From: Vulcanimicrobiota bacterium | Lineage (GTDB): Bacteria > Vulcanimicrobiota > Xenobia > Xenobiales > JADMJV01 | Assembly (NCBI GenBank): GCA_050250895.1 | Contig: JBFWNU010000001.1 | Coordinates: forward strand, 1,902,884-1,966,883 | DNA length: 64,000 nucleotides | Reading direction: 5' to 3' | In this document: one piece after another, positions 46,981 through 57,600 of the stretch | Position numbering within the stretch: the first letter of the stretch is position 1 | How the letters are laid out: every line of letters begins with the position of its first letter | Made by a program: the position numbers and the translations under genes | Notes under the pieces: model-generated | Database searches by the model: none | The model's input: the letters and a program-made list of their open reading frames with translations, nothing else | What the model was told of the DNA's origin: nothing

Positions 46981-47955
46981 GTGCGATTGATATTTCCCGC
47001 TACCCTTCAACCAGTCCCGAACCTGAAAACCCGCGATGATAGTTTCGTCTTTCCTGATTTCCTAGAGATCGGGGCCGGAATCGCGTTGCACCGCCACCGC
47101 AAAGGCGACTTGCTACAGGAAGCGGCCCAGAACTATCACCAGCCCCCCGCGAATTTCTTTCTCCTACTCGAATCCGAACGGCTACTCAGCGACCTCAAGA
47201 CTCAGTGGCCGCGCGGAGTCGAGTTTCCGACCAACGAAAGAGTTCTGCACAAAGCCGCGATGAATTCGATGATGCGTCTACTCGTTTCACTCGTCCTGGC
47301 CGGCTACGTTTTCAATGGCAACCCTGCGCAACGCTTCTTTATCCAGGAGTCAGACACTGGGGGTTGGGGGATCGGTAGCTTCTTCACCAACCTTCCAGGG
47401 TATCGAGCGGTAAACATCAGCCTAGCGGAAAGCCCAGAGAGGTGGTGCGAGGAGACATTTCGACGCTGGTTCGACCTCCTGGCGCCGTACTATCGTCCAG
47501 AAATCGAATGCGAAGACCGTATTGGTATTGCGCTGAACTCATTCTGGCACGGGATGACGACACTCAAGTCAGACCAACAGGTTCTGTCCTACACGGTGGT
47601 CCTCGAAGCCCTCCTGGCCACCGGCTCGAACGAGATAACCCACCAGCTCGCTGAACGCGTAGCCTGCCTCTTGGCTACGGATGCGAGGGAGCGGCTTGCT
47701 CTCTACCACCGCACCAAAGGGCACTACAGGACCAGGAGCAACCTCGTTCATGGGAACCTCGCCAAGACCGGTCTGAAGGCTAGCGGTGCTAGGTGGGACC
47801 CGGCGGCCGTTCATGACCTGTTTACCCTGGCGCGCGGGGTTTTGCGAAAGGCCCTGGCCGACCCACCTTACTGCCAGCTTGTCAAAGCCAAGGACGACAA
47901 GCAACTGAACGAGTTCTTTCTAGAGCTGCTCTTCGGTGTTCGCGGACGCCAATAG
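46981..47955 (+). CDS. HEPN-domain protein (ApeA-like)
   Basis: LEALL..EITHQLAERVACLL..YRTRSNLVHG (Rx4H). Confidence 0.75.
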   Translation: MRLIFPATLQPVPNLKTRDDSFVFPDFLEIGAGIALHRHRKGDLLQEAAQNYHQPPANFFLLLESERLLSDLKTQWPRGVEFPTNERVLHKAAMNSMMRLLVSLVLAGYVFNGNPAQRFFIQESDTGGWGIGSFFTNLPGYRAVNISLAESPERWCEETFRRWFDLLAPYYRPEIECEDRIGIALNSFWHGMTTLKSDQQVLSYTVVLEALLATGSNEITHQLAERVACLLATDARERLALYHRTKGHYRTRSNLVHGNLAKTGLKASGARWDPAAVHDLFTLARGVLRKALADPPYCQLVKAKDDKQLNEFFLELLFGVRGRQ

Positions 47956-47996
47956 CCGCACGAAGACCGGAATGTATCATTACGGAGGTCCTGAGA

Positions 47997-48491
47997 ATGG
48001 ATGAAGTCAGCAAGATTCTAATAACTGCGATTGTCACCGCGATTTTTTCTGGGCTCTCGGCCGGCATAATGGTGCCACTTCTATCCGGCTGGTTCAACAA
48101 AACGTTCGATTTCTTCGGCTACAGACAGCAACAACTGTGGGACGCTCGCCAGAAGCTCTACGCCGAGATTGTCGGGTCTTTCACTAAAGCCAGACAGAAT
48201 CTTGACGTGTTCGAAGCCTCACAAACCGGGACGGAACAGCGTAACAAGGCCGTCAGACATTTCCGCAGAGCGGTGGAGTCAATGCGAACTGAACGTGACT
48301 CTTTAGCTTTACTCGCACCCTCGTCGGTGCGGGACGCATTTGCGGAGTTGCGCCGGACCGCCGAGCTGATATACGGAGGTTTAAAAGAGGTGCCAGACGG
48401 GTTCGAGTTGGACGAGCTGACCCGGAGCTTCTCGGAGGCTTACGACCCACTGCTCAGAGCAATGAGGGTCGATCTGGGTTTCGGAGAATGA
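47997..48491 (+). CDS. hypothetical single-TM protein
   Basis: N-terminal TM followed by a helical domain. Confidence 0.6.
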   Translation: MDEVSKILITAIVTAIFSGLSAGIMVPLLSGWFNKTFDFFGYRQQQLWDARQKLYAEIVGSFTKARQNLDVFEASQTGTEQRNKAVRHFRRAVESMRTERDSLALLAPSSVRDAFAELRRTAELIYGGLKEVPDGFELDELTRSFSEAYDPLLRAMRVDLGFGE

Positions 48492-48500
48492 ACAAGCCGC

Positions 48501-49013
48501 TCACAGCGTTGAAGCCGTTATCCACCACTTCTTGTGGAAGTCGTTGAAGTCTTCCATCTGGCGGGTCGACACGCCCAGCCAGCCGCCCTCCCACTTTTCG
48601 TAGGCCGGCTTGCCCGTGGGGGTCTTTAGTTTCTCGGGCAGCGTGCGAATCAGGTAGACCGGGTTTTCGCCGGCCTCGAAGTCCTTGCCGAGCTGGTAGA
48701 AGTCCTGGCCAGACAGCTTGAAGCAAGCGCCCTTGCGGTATTCGAGGACAACCTCTTGATACGGCTCGGGGTGCTCTTTGACGACCAGGGCGGCCGCGGT
48801 GAAGAGCACGCGGGTCACGTCGGCGGGGCTCCGCTCGCCAGAAACAGACAGCAGGTCGACCACCAGCATTTCGCCTTTGGCCCGGAGCGAGACCTCGATG
48901 CCAGCGTTCCGCAGGTCATCGGCCAGCTCGGTGGCCAACTTCTTGCTGTAATCGTCGGCACAGCCGGTCAGCAGTATGGCCGCCAGCAGCAGCCCCTTCA
49001 TCCAGGTCTTCAA
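48501..49013 (-). CDS. putative lipoprotein
   Basis: Lipobox ILLTGC. Confidence 0.7.
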   Translation of the reverse strand: MKTWMKGLLLAAILLTGCADDYSKKLATELADDLRNAGIEVSLRAKGEMLVVDLLSVSGERSPADVTRVLFTAAALVVKEHPEPYQEVVLEYRKGACFKLSGQDFYQLGKDFEAGENPVYLIRTLPEKLKTPTGKPAYEKWEGGWLGVSTRQMEDFNDFHKKWWITASTL

Positions 49014-49078
49014 GCTTGGTTCCCCCTCTTGGCATTGAATCGTAGAGGGAGCTTATACGTAACCCGTCTGGAGGCCTG

Positions 49079-49273
49079 CTATTCCGACTGGTTGGGCATT
49101 TCTGCCCGCGCCCACGCTTCGATTTTCTGCCGAGCGCCATCGGGATGAGTCGTCAGCCAATCGTAAACGTCAGGGTCGAGCCTGGTTCGTAGAATGGGCG
49201 CCCCTTGCTGCGTGCCGGGATAGCCGCGGGGGTATTGTGGGTCAGGTCCGGGTTTTCCTCGTTGCTTTGTCAT
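49079..49273 (-). CDS. small ribbon-helix-helix-like DNA-binding protein
   Basis: ILRTRLDPDVYDWL, a BrnA/CopG-like pattern. Confidence 0.5.
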   Translation of the reverse strand: MTKQRGKPGPDPQYPRGYPGTQQGAPILRTRLDPDVYDWLTTHPDGARQKIEAWARAEMPNQSE

Positions 49274-49286
49274 GAAGACATCATAA

Positions 49287-49330
49287 CCTGTGTCACAGGG
49301 ATTGACAACACTGTGTCACAGTGTTAGGAT
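49287..49330 (+). promoter_or_regulatory. sigma70 promoter with two palindromic operators
   Basis: TTGACA (49302-49307), 17 bp, TAGGAT (49325-49330); palindromes CCTGTG-T-CACAGG (49287-49299) and AACACTGTG-T-CACAGTGTT (49307-49325). Confidence 0.75.
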
Positions 49331-49366
49331 GTGTATGCAAGAGAGATTCCACGGAGGTCAAACAGA

Positions 49367-49720
49367 ATGCGCGAAACCGTCACCCAGAAAGCTCACCGTC
49401 TCGTCGACAACTTCCGGGTCGTCCTGTTGGACAACCAGCCCGGCCTGGTCACCGCTGAGGTCATCGGCGACCACAGCACCTACACGGTGCGGTTTCGCCC
49501 CCACGGCGCCTTCTGCGGCTGCAAGTGGTTCCAGATGAAGGGCCACATCAAGCCCTGCAGCCACATCCTGGCCACCCGTCGGGCGATGGACGAGCCCGAG
49601 AGCCAGGAGCCGGTCAAGCGGCTGGCCGAGGCCCTACGGGCCAACCTGCCGGCCAAGAAGCCGCCCGTCGCGGTCACCGAGACGGAAGCCGACCTGCAGG
49701 CGCTCTTCAACTTCCGCTAG
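49367..49720 (+). CDS. SWIM zinc-finger protein
   Basis: YTVR..FCGC..PCSHILA (CxC..CxH); RBS GGAGG. Confidence 0.75.
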   Translation: MRETVTQKAHRLVDNFRVVLLDNQPGLVTAEVIGDHSTYTVRFRPHGAFCGCKWFQMKGHIKPCSHILATRRAMDEPESQEPVKRLAEALRANLPAKKPPVAVTETEADLQALFNFR

Positions 49721-49821
49721 CGACCGGGCCCGCAAGGGCCCAACCCCCTCGAGCCTCCTGTTTTCGAACCGTGAGGGCCCCGGCCCGGGTGGAGGCTCGT
49801 TTCTATTTCAGGAGGATTGCT

Positions 49822-50412
49822 ATGCTGCTCACCACCGCTCGCAAGCGTGAAATCGAAGCCACCGTCGAGGCCCTGCAGGCCCGTCACGGTGACCCGTCGG
49901 CCATCCCCGCCACCTACCTGGAGGAGGTGGTTAGAGCGGTGGGTTACCAGCTGGTCGACGCCGACCTGCCCGCGGGGGTGGCCGGCTGCTGCTACCCGCG
50001 GAGCCAGCGCATCTTGCTGAACCGCGACCTGGGCTCCATCCTGACCTACGACCGGGCCCCTCAGTTCCGCCTGGCCACACTGGCCCACGAGCTGGGTCAC
50101 GCGGTTCTGCACGAGCAGCTCATTTTGACCGGCCAGGCTCCAGCTGCAGTTATCGAGCCCGAGGCCCAGCACTTCGCGGCCGCGTTCCTGGTGCCCCGTC
50201 ACCTGGTCCTGGCGCGGCCCGAGGGGGCTCAGCTACTTCGAGCTCGTCGCGCGCGGTTCCGGTGGTCGTCGGGGCGTGTCTGGCGGAGCGTCCACCGACT
50301 GGCCGAGGTGTTTCAGGTGACCTCAACGCTGATGGCGTGGCGCCTCGCTGAACTTGGGGTGGTCGATGCTTGCGAGAAGCGGCCCTGTCGCTTGGTGCTT
50401 GCGGTTTGCTAA
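49822..50412 (+). CDS. ImmA/IrrE family metallopeptidase
   Basis: TLAHELGHAVLH; EAQHFAAAFLVP; LAEVFQVT; RBS AGGAGG. Confidence 0.85.
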   Translation: MLLTTARKREIEATVEALQARHGDPSAIPATYLEEVVRAVGYQLVDADLPAGVAGCCYPRSQRILLNRDLGSILTYDRAPQFRLATLAHELGHAVLHEQLILTGQAPAAVIEPEAQHFAAAFLVPRHLVLARPEGAQLLRARRARFRWSSGRVWRSVHRLAEVFQVTSTLMAWRLAELGVVDACEKRPCRLVLAVC

Positions 50413-50475
50413 GAGCCGACCGGAACATCAGACTGGTGGAATGAGAATGGGTAAGTCGTTTCGAAGTTCCGCGTG

Positions 50476-51732
50476 ATGAACATACGAGACATCGAGAATG
50501 CGTTCCAACCGGCAATAGAGGTCAAGGACCCGAAACGTTTCGCGGGTAGGAAGTCCTACGTGCAAGACGCATATCGGGCGCTTCTCTCTGAGGGAACGAA
50601 TATTGCGGTAGTTGGAAACAGAGGAATCGGAAAGTCTTCCCTTGCCCGCCAAATCGTGAGTATGGCGTCTGGACATGACGACCTTCTCAAAAAGCTGTCG
50701 ATTGACACAGACGCCCAGGCACCTGACTTCCTGGCAACCTATTTCGCGTGTGGCAACAGCGTTAGAACACTCGGCGATCTCCTAAACAGCTTATTGACGG
50801 ATAGCGACGCGTTGGGATCTTGGATCTATGACATTCCCAGCACAAAGACCATCATCGAGAAATACGCCCCAAAATTCAACGCCGGTTTCGCTTCCTTGGG
50901 GGGTGAGAAGTCTACGTCGACGACTTCCTCGAAGGCCATTCAACAACACGACGTCGAGTCGGTTTTTACCAATGTCGTTCGAGCCCTAGTCCAAGAATGT
51001 GTCGCTACCGACGGCCTGATAATCGTGGTCGATGAATTTGACCAAATCAAAGACCCGACTGGATTCGCATCCTTCCTAAAGTCCCTGGCGACGAACGTGC
51101 CTAAGGTTCGGTTTTGCATCGTTGGCGTGGCCCAGGACATTCAACAGCTGATGAAGGAACATGCCTCCGCCGACCGACTATTTTCGGGCTCGGTGCTGAC
51201 ACTTCCGCCGATGAATCCTGAGGAACTCACCGAGATTATCGAAATCGCCGAGTCCTCGATCAAGGGTAGCATTGTGTTCGACGAGAGTGCACGCCGAACG
51301 TTGGTCAAATTAGCCCAAGGACACCCTTACATGATTCACCTGATCGGAAAGGATGCTCTCAAGCAAGCTTTCCTAAAGAAAGACGAGACAATCACGCAGG
51401 CAGACATAGAAAGTGCGCTCCGAGGCATAGCCGAGAGGGGGACAGACCCAGTCTTAGAGGGTCGATACAAGAAGGCTGTCGCGTCATCACAGCATAGAGA
51501 GATAGTTCTTCGAGCGATGGCAAACTCCGTTTCTGGAGACGACGGGGAGATTCAGACCACCGCGGCATATCAACAGGCGTTGACTGAAGGAGTAGAAAAT
51601 TCCAGTCAATACGTAGGGCACTTGACGACTGAACAGTTCGGAGAGGAACTCGTGAAAGTCAGGGAGCGCTACTATCGTTTTCGGGATTCGCTCTTTCGAA
51701 CATACGTAACGCTTCGCCCACCGATCTTTTAA
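50476..51732 (+). CDS. AAA/STAND-like P-loop ATPase
   Basis: RFAGR; Walker A GNRGIGKS; Walker B IIVVDEFD; QGHPY. Confidence 0.8.
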   Translation: MNIRDIENAFQPAIEVKDPKRFAGRKSYVQDAYRALLSEGTNIAVVGNRGIGKSSLARQIVSMASGHDDLLKKLSIDTDAQAPDFLATYFACGNSVRTLGDLLNSLLTDSDALGSWIYDIPSTKTIIEKYAPKFNAGFASLGGEKSTSTTSSKAIQQHDVESVFTNVVRALVQECVATDGLIIVVDEFDQIKDPTGFASFLKSLATNVPKVRFCIVGVAQDIQQLMKEHASADRLFSGSVLTLPPMNPEELTEIIEIAESSIKGSIVFDESARRTLVKLAQGHPYMIHLIGKDALKQAFLKKDETITQADIESALRGIAERGTDPVLEGRYKKAVASSQHREIVLRAMANSVSGDDGEIQTTAAYQQALTEGVENSSQYVGHLTTEQFGEELVKVRERYYRFRDSLFRTYVTLRPPIF

Positions 51733-51802
51733 GCGAACCTCGACGCTGATGGCCTGAACTTGACGTGGTTTAAGCCTAGGAGAAGGTGCACAACGTGCTT
51801 TC

Positions 51803-53569
51803 TTAGCCCTCGGAGAATAGACGGCCTTGTTGATGTCGAGGCGCTTTCACCTGTAGCGGTGGCTTTTTGCTCCACCTCGGTAGTTTCAACGGTGCCTGAA
51901 CTTCCTTGCCTGAGAGCAGGTCGGCCACCGTCAGTATCTGTAGAGTAGGATAGCGGTCATTCCCCACGGGTGTGTAAAACCCCGCGGATGCTGCCTCTTT
52001 TACCATCGGCTTAGATGGTTCTTGGAGTGTTATCAGGACCCCGATTGGGGTCTTGCCGCGTTTGTTTTCGCGCTCGATCACACCGCGCAGGTCGCGCACG
52101 TCGCGTGAGGTCACCTTGCCGCTCTTGACCGAATACACAATGGCTTTGTCATCACCGGTTCCAGGCTCTTTGAAGAAGCCTCGTCCGTCGATTCCCTGGT
52201 CTGCACCCTTCTTTTGTTGGTCCCGGGTGACTTTGGCGCCCACCAGGCCTAACGCCCACCATTGGAACTGGTAACGATCTTCGGCGGCGAGAACCTTTGC
52301 GCTCTCCAGGTCTTTGGGTTCACCCAAAACTTTGTAGGGAGCCAGTGAGTCGGGGAAAGCCTCCTCGATACGATGCCGAATCAGGCTCACCGCCAGGTGG
52401 GTGATGTCAATTCCTATCCACCTGCGCTCCAAGTGCTCGGCAGCGGCTACTGCGGTGCCGCAGCCACAAAACGGGTCTAGCACGATGCCTTCGGGTGGGC
52501 AAGCCGAGGTGATAATGCGGGCGAGCAGTCCGAGGGGCTTCTGAGTCGGATAGCCGAGCCGCTCACCAGACGTTGGCCCTAGCCACGACACGTCTTCGTC
52601 GATTCCGTGCTCCAAGTCCCCGTAGTAGTAGCCTTTCGTGTATGGCTGATACGCCCAAATGTCCTGATATGGGGTTCCAAGGTCAGAGTCTTCTTCGAGA
52701 TAGACCTTGATCATCGGAATGCCGCCAGGCTTGGCCGGTAGCTTGATGTAACCGGCATCGAGCAAGGCATCAAGCTTCTTTCTGGTTGGCAAACTGTTGT
52801 CTATCCCAAGACGCTCGCAAACCTTTCGAGGAGGCGCCCACGCTCGATTGCGCTCGGTGGGATTGAAGCCCTTCCATGGCTTACCTGAGTCGCCGTAACG
52901 CGGGCCCGGTCCGCAGGGGTCGTTAAGTTTATACTGGCCATACTCGTCACGATACTTGAACCGTTCATCCACGTGAGCTTGAGGGAGGGGCATCTTCTGG
53001 GGCTCAAAGTAGCAATTGTCTGACTTGGCGTAGAAGAATATCGTGTCGTGAATCTGCCCGAAACGCTTGGTGTCGTTGTGGGTGTTGGTCCGCCGCCAGA
53101 TAATCTCGTTGCGGAAGTTCTGTGGGCCGAAGATGGCATCCAAGAGGAGCTTCAAGTAATGACTCGATGTGGGATCGCAGTGCAAAAATAGGCTTCCACG
53201 GGCTTTCAGGACTCTGTGCATCTCCACCAGTCGCGGCGCCATCATCGTTAGATAGGCCATGGCATCGCTTCGACCTAGATAATCTAGCAATGCTGAGAGC
53301 AACTGTCTGAGCTTCGACTCGCTCTGATCCATCATCTCTTCAAACGCGTGCTCGGCCTCCACCCCCCAACGCCAGGTATCTTCGAAAGCGGTTATTTGAG
53401 CGGTCGAAGTCTCGCCGCTGTGCTCCCGAAACAGCACATTGAAATCTGCCTTCTTGTTGAATGGCGGGTCGAGATAGATGAGGTCTATTGATTCAGCGTC
53501 TACATACTCGCGAAGAATGACGAGGTTATCGCCGATATACAGCTGATTGCACCAGTTTTGAAAAAGCAT
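51803..53569 (-). CDS. N6/N4 DNA methyltransferase fused to a C-terminal Mrr-like restriction endonuclease domain
   Basis: LIYLDPPF; YPTQKP; DPFCGCGT; DQGIDG..SVKSG. Confidence 0.85.
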   Translation of the reverse strand: MLFQNWCNQLYIGDNLVILREYVDAESIDLIYLDPPFNKKADFNVLFREHSGETSTAQITAFEDTWRWGVEAEHAFEEMMDQSESKLRQLLSALLDYLGRSDAMAYLTMMAPRLVEMHRVLKARGSLFLHCDPTSSHYLKLLLDAIFGPQNFRNEIIWRRTNTHNDTKRFGQIHDTIFFYAKSDNCYFEPQKMPLPQAHVDERFKYRDEYGQYKLNDPCGPGPRYGDSGKPWKGFNPTERNRAWAPPRKVCERLGIDNSLPTRKKLDALLDAGYIKLPAKPGGIPMIKVYLEEDSDLGTPYQDIWAYQPYTKGYYYGDLEHGIDEDVSWLGPTSGERLGYPTQKPLGLLARIITSACPPEGIVLDPFCGCGTAVAAAEHLERRWIGIDITHLAVSLIRHRIEEAFPDSLAPYKVLGEPKDLESAKVLAAEDRYQFQWWALGLVGAKVTRDQQKKGADQGIDGRGFFKEPGTGDDKAIVYSVKSGKVTSRDVRDLRGVIERENKRGKTPIGVLITLQEPSKPMVKEAASAGFYTPVGNDRYPTLQILTVADLLSGKEVQAPLKLPRWSKKPPLQVKAPRHQQGRLFSEG

Positions 53570-54007
53570 CAAACCCCCTGGGCGAAAACATGTTCGATGC
53601 CTTCGCAGTAGTCCCTCCTGGCGGTCTGGGCAGAGGGGCTTACTTTGGAAACGGGGGCGGTTTTGGGTAAACGTCGGCCCAGAAGCCCGCAATCAAAAGG
53701 CGCTTCCATCTCGGCTAACAGAAAAAGGTGGTTATTTATGTGCAGAAATTGCAGAAAAAGGGCCCGAGGATGCCGAGAAATACTCCAAGAAACCGTCACT
53801 TTTGCGCGATATTCGGCCAAAATCGTCGGAGAATGCTCCCAGTATCCACCGCTGTGCGAAACGGCCGGCGGCCCGGGAAGCACAAAGCCACCGTCACGAG
53901 CCATTAGGGGGTGGCGTGCTTCGTTCGGGTGGCCGACAACCGTTCGGTCAGGTCCCAGACCATCCCTGTCCCGGACCGTCACCGGGAAGGCGTCCAGTTA
54001 GCGAGCT

Positions 54008-54667
54008 TCACAAAGTGCCGGGGAACTTGATTCCCTCGGGGGTCAGGTTGCGGGCGCGGTAGGCGGTCTTGAAGGCGTTCCATTCGTCTTCGTCGACCTC
54101 AACGAACTCATCCAGCTCCCATATGGGCTCCGTGCCGGGCTTGACCCCCTGGAGGGCCGCCAGGAAGGTTTGGTGGTGCCACCGGTCCCGCTGGGCCATC
54201 TTGAAGTAGCGGACCAGCAGACGGGCCGGCCAGGCCGTCAGGAGCGTGCCCGGGTCGGGCCCGTGATAGGTGGCGCTCACCAGGGCTGCCATCTCCAGCC
54301 AGGCGGCCTCCTCGTGGTCAGCGTGGCGCGGCCGTCGTGACTTCGACACTTTGCCCCGCTGGTAGGTCTGAAACAGCTCGGCCAGGCCGTTCAGCTGGTC
54401 CTGCAGGTCGAACAGCTGGGTCGTCTGGTCGAGGTCGAGTTCAGCGGCCAGCTGGCGGGCGTCCGGGCTTGCGCGCAGGATGAAAGCGACCAGCTGGCGG
54501 CGGGCCAGTTCCTCTCTGCCGGCCGTCAGGGCGTCTCGATAGCGGCCCCGGAGCTGCAAGAACTCCCTTAGCTCCATGGCCGTGGGTTCGCGGAGCGTGG
54601 CCACCACGTGGCCGGCGGCCAGCGGCAGAACGACTTCTTCGGACCGGAATAGCTCGAATGGCCTCAT
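54008..54667 (-). CDS. hypothetical protein, possible tail assembly chaperone
   Basis: Coupled to the TMP stop codon; VATLREPTAMEL pattern. Confidence 0.5.
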   Translation of the reverse strand: MRPFELFRSEEVVLPLAAGHVVATLREPTAMELREFLQLRGRYRDALTAGREELARRQLVAFILRASPDARQLAAELDLDQTTQLFDLQDQLNGLAELFQTYQRGKVSKSRRPRHADHEEAAWLEMAALVSATYHGPDPGTLLTAWPARLLVRYFKMAQRDRWHHQTFLAALQGVKPGTEPIWELDEFVEVDEDEWNAFKTAYRARNLTPEGIKFPGTL

Positions 54668-57600
54668 GAACCCAGCCTCCCGGCTCCGCCGTCGCGCAGG
54701 CTGCCCCGCTTGACCTGCTTGGCAATCTCTTGGGCCACCTGGTTGACCAGCTCTTCAATCTTCGGCGTAACGGTGACGTGAGGGCCGAAGGTGGTGTGAA
54801 ACGTCTGGTTGATGGTGGTCGGAGCCGACTTCGGTGCGCCACCCGAGTCCAATGGCGACCCCTTTGGCGTGGCGGCCTTCCGCTGGGCCTGGCCGATGTC
54901 CTCGAAGGTGGGCACCTGCGGAGCCGTCTGAGCGGCGGCCGCCCGCAGACTGTCGACCACGCCGGCGCGGTCAAGCTTGTCACTGAGTCGCTCCCGAAAC
55001 AGCTCCTGCGCCCTCTGCAGCCGCGGCGTGTCCCGCTCGACGGCCGCGGTGCGTCGGCTCTCGTCGATTTGGGAGACCAACTCCAGGCCCAGCTGGTTCG
55101 AGCGCCGGAAAGAATCGGCCCGGCGGGCCCGGTCGTCAGTTGCCTTCGCCCGCAGGTCGGCCAAGCTCGGGGCTGTGCTGCCGCCGGTCAGGGCCTGGTC
55201 AGGTGTCAGCCGCGGGTCGGCCGTCGGGGTTGGCCCTTCAGGCGCTCCTGCAGGAGGTTGCAGGCTTGCAGTTGCTGTTTGCAGGCCGGTTTGCGCGTTC
55301 TGCCGGGCTACGCCTGCGGCCTGGTCCTTCTCCTGCTCCGCGAGCTCACGCTTCCGGTTGATGGTCCCCTCGCGCAGGATGGCTTCGCGCTTGAGGCGTG
55401 CCTTCTGCTCGGCCAGCTCGCGGTCTTTGCCGGCGGCCAGGTCGGCTTGCAGCTCCCGGTCGATGGCCTCGAGGCGAACCTTCTGCAGCTCGAGCCGCTT
55501 GGCCATCAGCTGGTCTTCGACGGCTTCGCCGGCTTGCAGGCGGGTTTGAAGGAGGTCGATTTCTTGTTGAACGGCTTGAATCTGCAGGGCGGCCACCTCA
55601 TCGGCCTGCGCCCGCCGCTCGTTGGTGATTTGCTGTTCGAGGCCCAGCCGCTCGCGGGCCAGGCCACGAAGTTCCTGGTCGGCCGTCGCGGTGTCGATGC
55701 TGCCACGGCGCTGGGCGGACTTGATGAGGGCTATGGCCCGGGCGTTCGCCTCAAGGCGCTGGGTGGCGTTGGTGGCCCCGGCAGAGAAGTCGGCAACCTG
55801 CTGTTTGAGCTGGTTGAAGTTGTCGGCCAGGGCCTTCGTGGCCTGCTGGCCCCGCTCACCGGTCAGCCGGTCTGTGAACTCCTTCAGCTGCTCGCTCAAC
55901 TCGGGGTAGTCGTCCAGCAGCTGGCGGTTCTTGTCTCGCCACTTCTGCAGGCTGGTCAAGACGAGGTCGATTTGGTCGACCACCTCGGCGGCCGTCGCGC
56001 CCTGCTGGTTCTTGACCTCGGTCACCGCTTGTGTGGCGGCTTTGAGCTGGCCTTCCACCAGCTTCTTGGCCGTTTCCTCGGCGTCTTTGGCCTCTTGGGC
56101 CCTGACGGCCTTGATTTTCTCGCGAATCTGAATCGCATCATCGAGGCCGGCCTGGCCGAGACGCTTGGCGGCCGCCAGGGCGCGCTCTAGCTCGGCGATC
56201 TCTTCCGAGGTCGACACTTCGCGCAGGGACTTCTGCTCCCGAAGGCTCCGCTCGACGGCGTCGACCTCTTCTTTGGCCTTCTGCTGGGTCTTGTCCGTGA
56301 TAGAGGACTGCAGCTGTTCCCGGGTCTTGAGCAGGCCGAGCTGCTCCTGAATGACAGCGCGTTGCTGCTCGGTCACCTGGTCGGCACCTTCCAACAGGGC
56401 GCGCTGCAAGCCCTCGAAGGAGGTCGGGAGGGCGGCCTTCTTCAGCTTTTCGTTGTTCCGGGCTAGCTGGGCATCGAGTTCGGAGAGGGCCCCCTTCAGG
56501 TTGTCCACCGAACCGGTGGCGCCAGCGAAGTTGAGGTAGTCTTTGAGCCGGGCCGTCTCCTCTGTCAGGGCCTTCAGGTCCGGGCTGATGGCCGCGACCT
56601 TCTGCTGAGCCTGGCGCAGAGCCGTCGCCTCCTGGCCCAGGTCGCTGAACTCCTGCTGGAGGAGCTGTAAAGCTTCGTTTGCTTCGTCTACGCTCACATA
56701 CCAGCTGTCAGGGAACAGCGTCTTCAGCTCGTCGGTGACTTGGATGGTGGAATCCGTGATGGGCGGGGCTTTGGCGATGGCCTCTTGCAGGGCCTGAATC
56801 TGCCTGCGGCGCTCGTCGGCAGCTTCCCGGTTCTCGGCCAGCTTTTTCTTCAGCTCGTCGAGCGTATAGCCGAGGGCCACCAGCCGGGCCGCGAGCCTGC
56901 CGGCGGGGATGTTGTCAAGCGCCTTGCCGAACTGCTCGGCGAACTTGCTGGCGTCGTTGGTGCGCTCCACGAAGACGCCCTGCTCTTTGGCCAGGTCGTT
57001 GACCACCGAGGTGATTGACCGAAGGGTCGCGCGGGAATCCTGGATGGTCCGGGCCTGCTCGCCAATCGCCTGGCCGAGCCGCTCCTGGGTTCGAGCATAG
57101 TTCAGGGTGGCCAGGTTGGCGATGGCCAAGGCAGCGACCAGCGGCCCGGCGATGGTGGTGGTCAAGATGGTCATGACCCCGCCCACCGTGCCGGCCACCG
57201 CACCGAGGCCCTTCAGGGCGCTGCCGGTCACGACGGCCGCCCGGCCAGCTGCTGGGAAGCCGTTGACCGCGGCAAGGGCCAACTGCTGGTTCATCGCGGC
57301 CAGGCCGGCGGTGGCAGTGACGGCGCCCCCGCCGAGCACCAGCAGACCGGCGGTGGCCACCGCTCCGAAGGTGGCTATCTGCCGGAAGGTGTCGGGCACG
57401 GAACCGGCAACCTCAACCATCTTCGTGAAGATTTGCGCACCGACTTGGACCGCCGGCGCCAGGTCGTCGCCGAACTTCGCGGCGAAGTTCGTGACGGCAT
57501 CGGCCGCGTTCGAGAGGCTGCCTTGCAGGGTCTTGGCTTGACGGTCGATAGCCCCCCCGAAACGAACTTGGATGAGCCGCAGGAGGGCCTGCCGGGCCTT

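Noticed and set aside
54730-56190. Long antisense ORFs (e.g. 54730-56190 +, 4952-5998 -, 13912-14823 -, 27063-28058 +)
   Set aside because: Shadow frames opposite well-supported genes, expected in high-GC DNA
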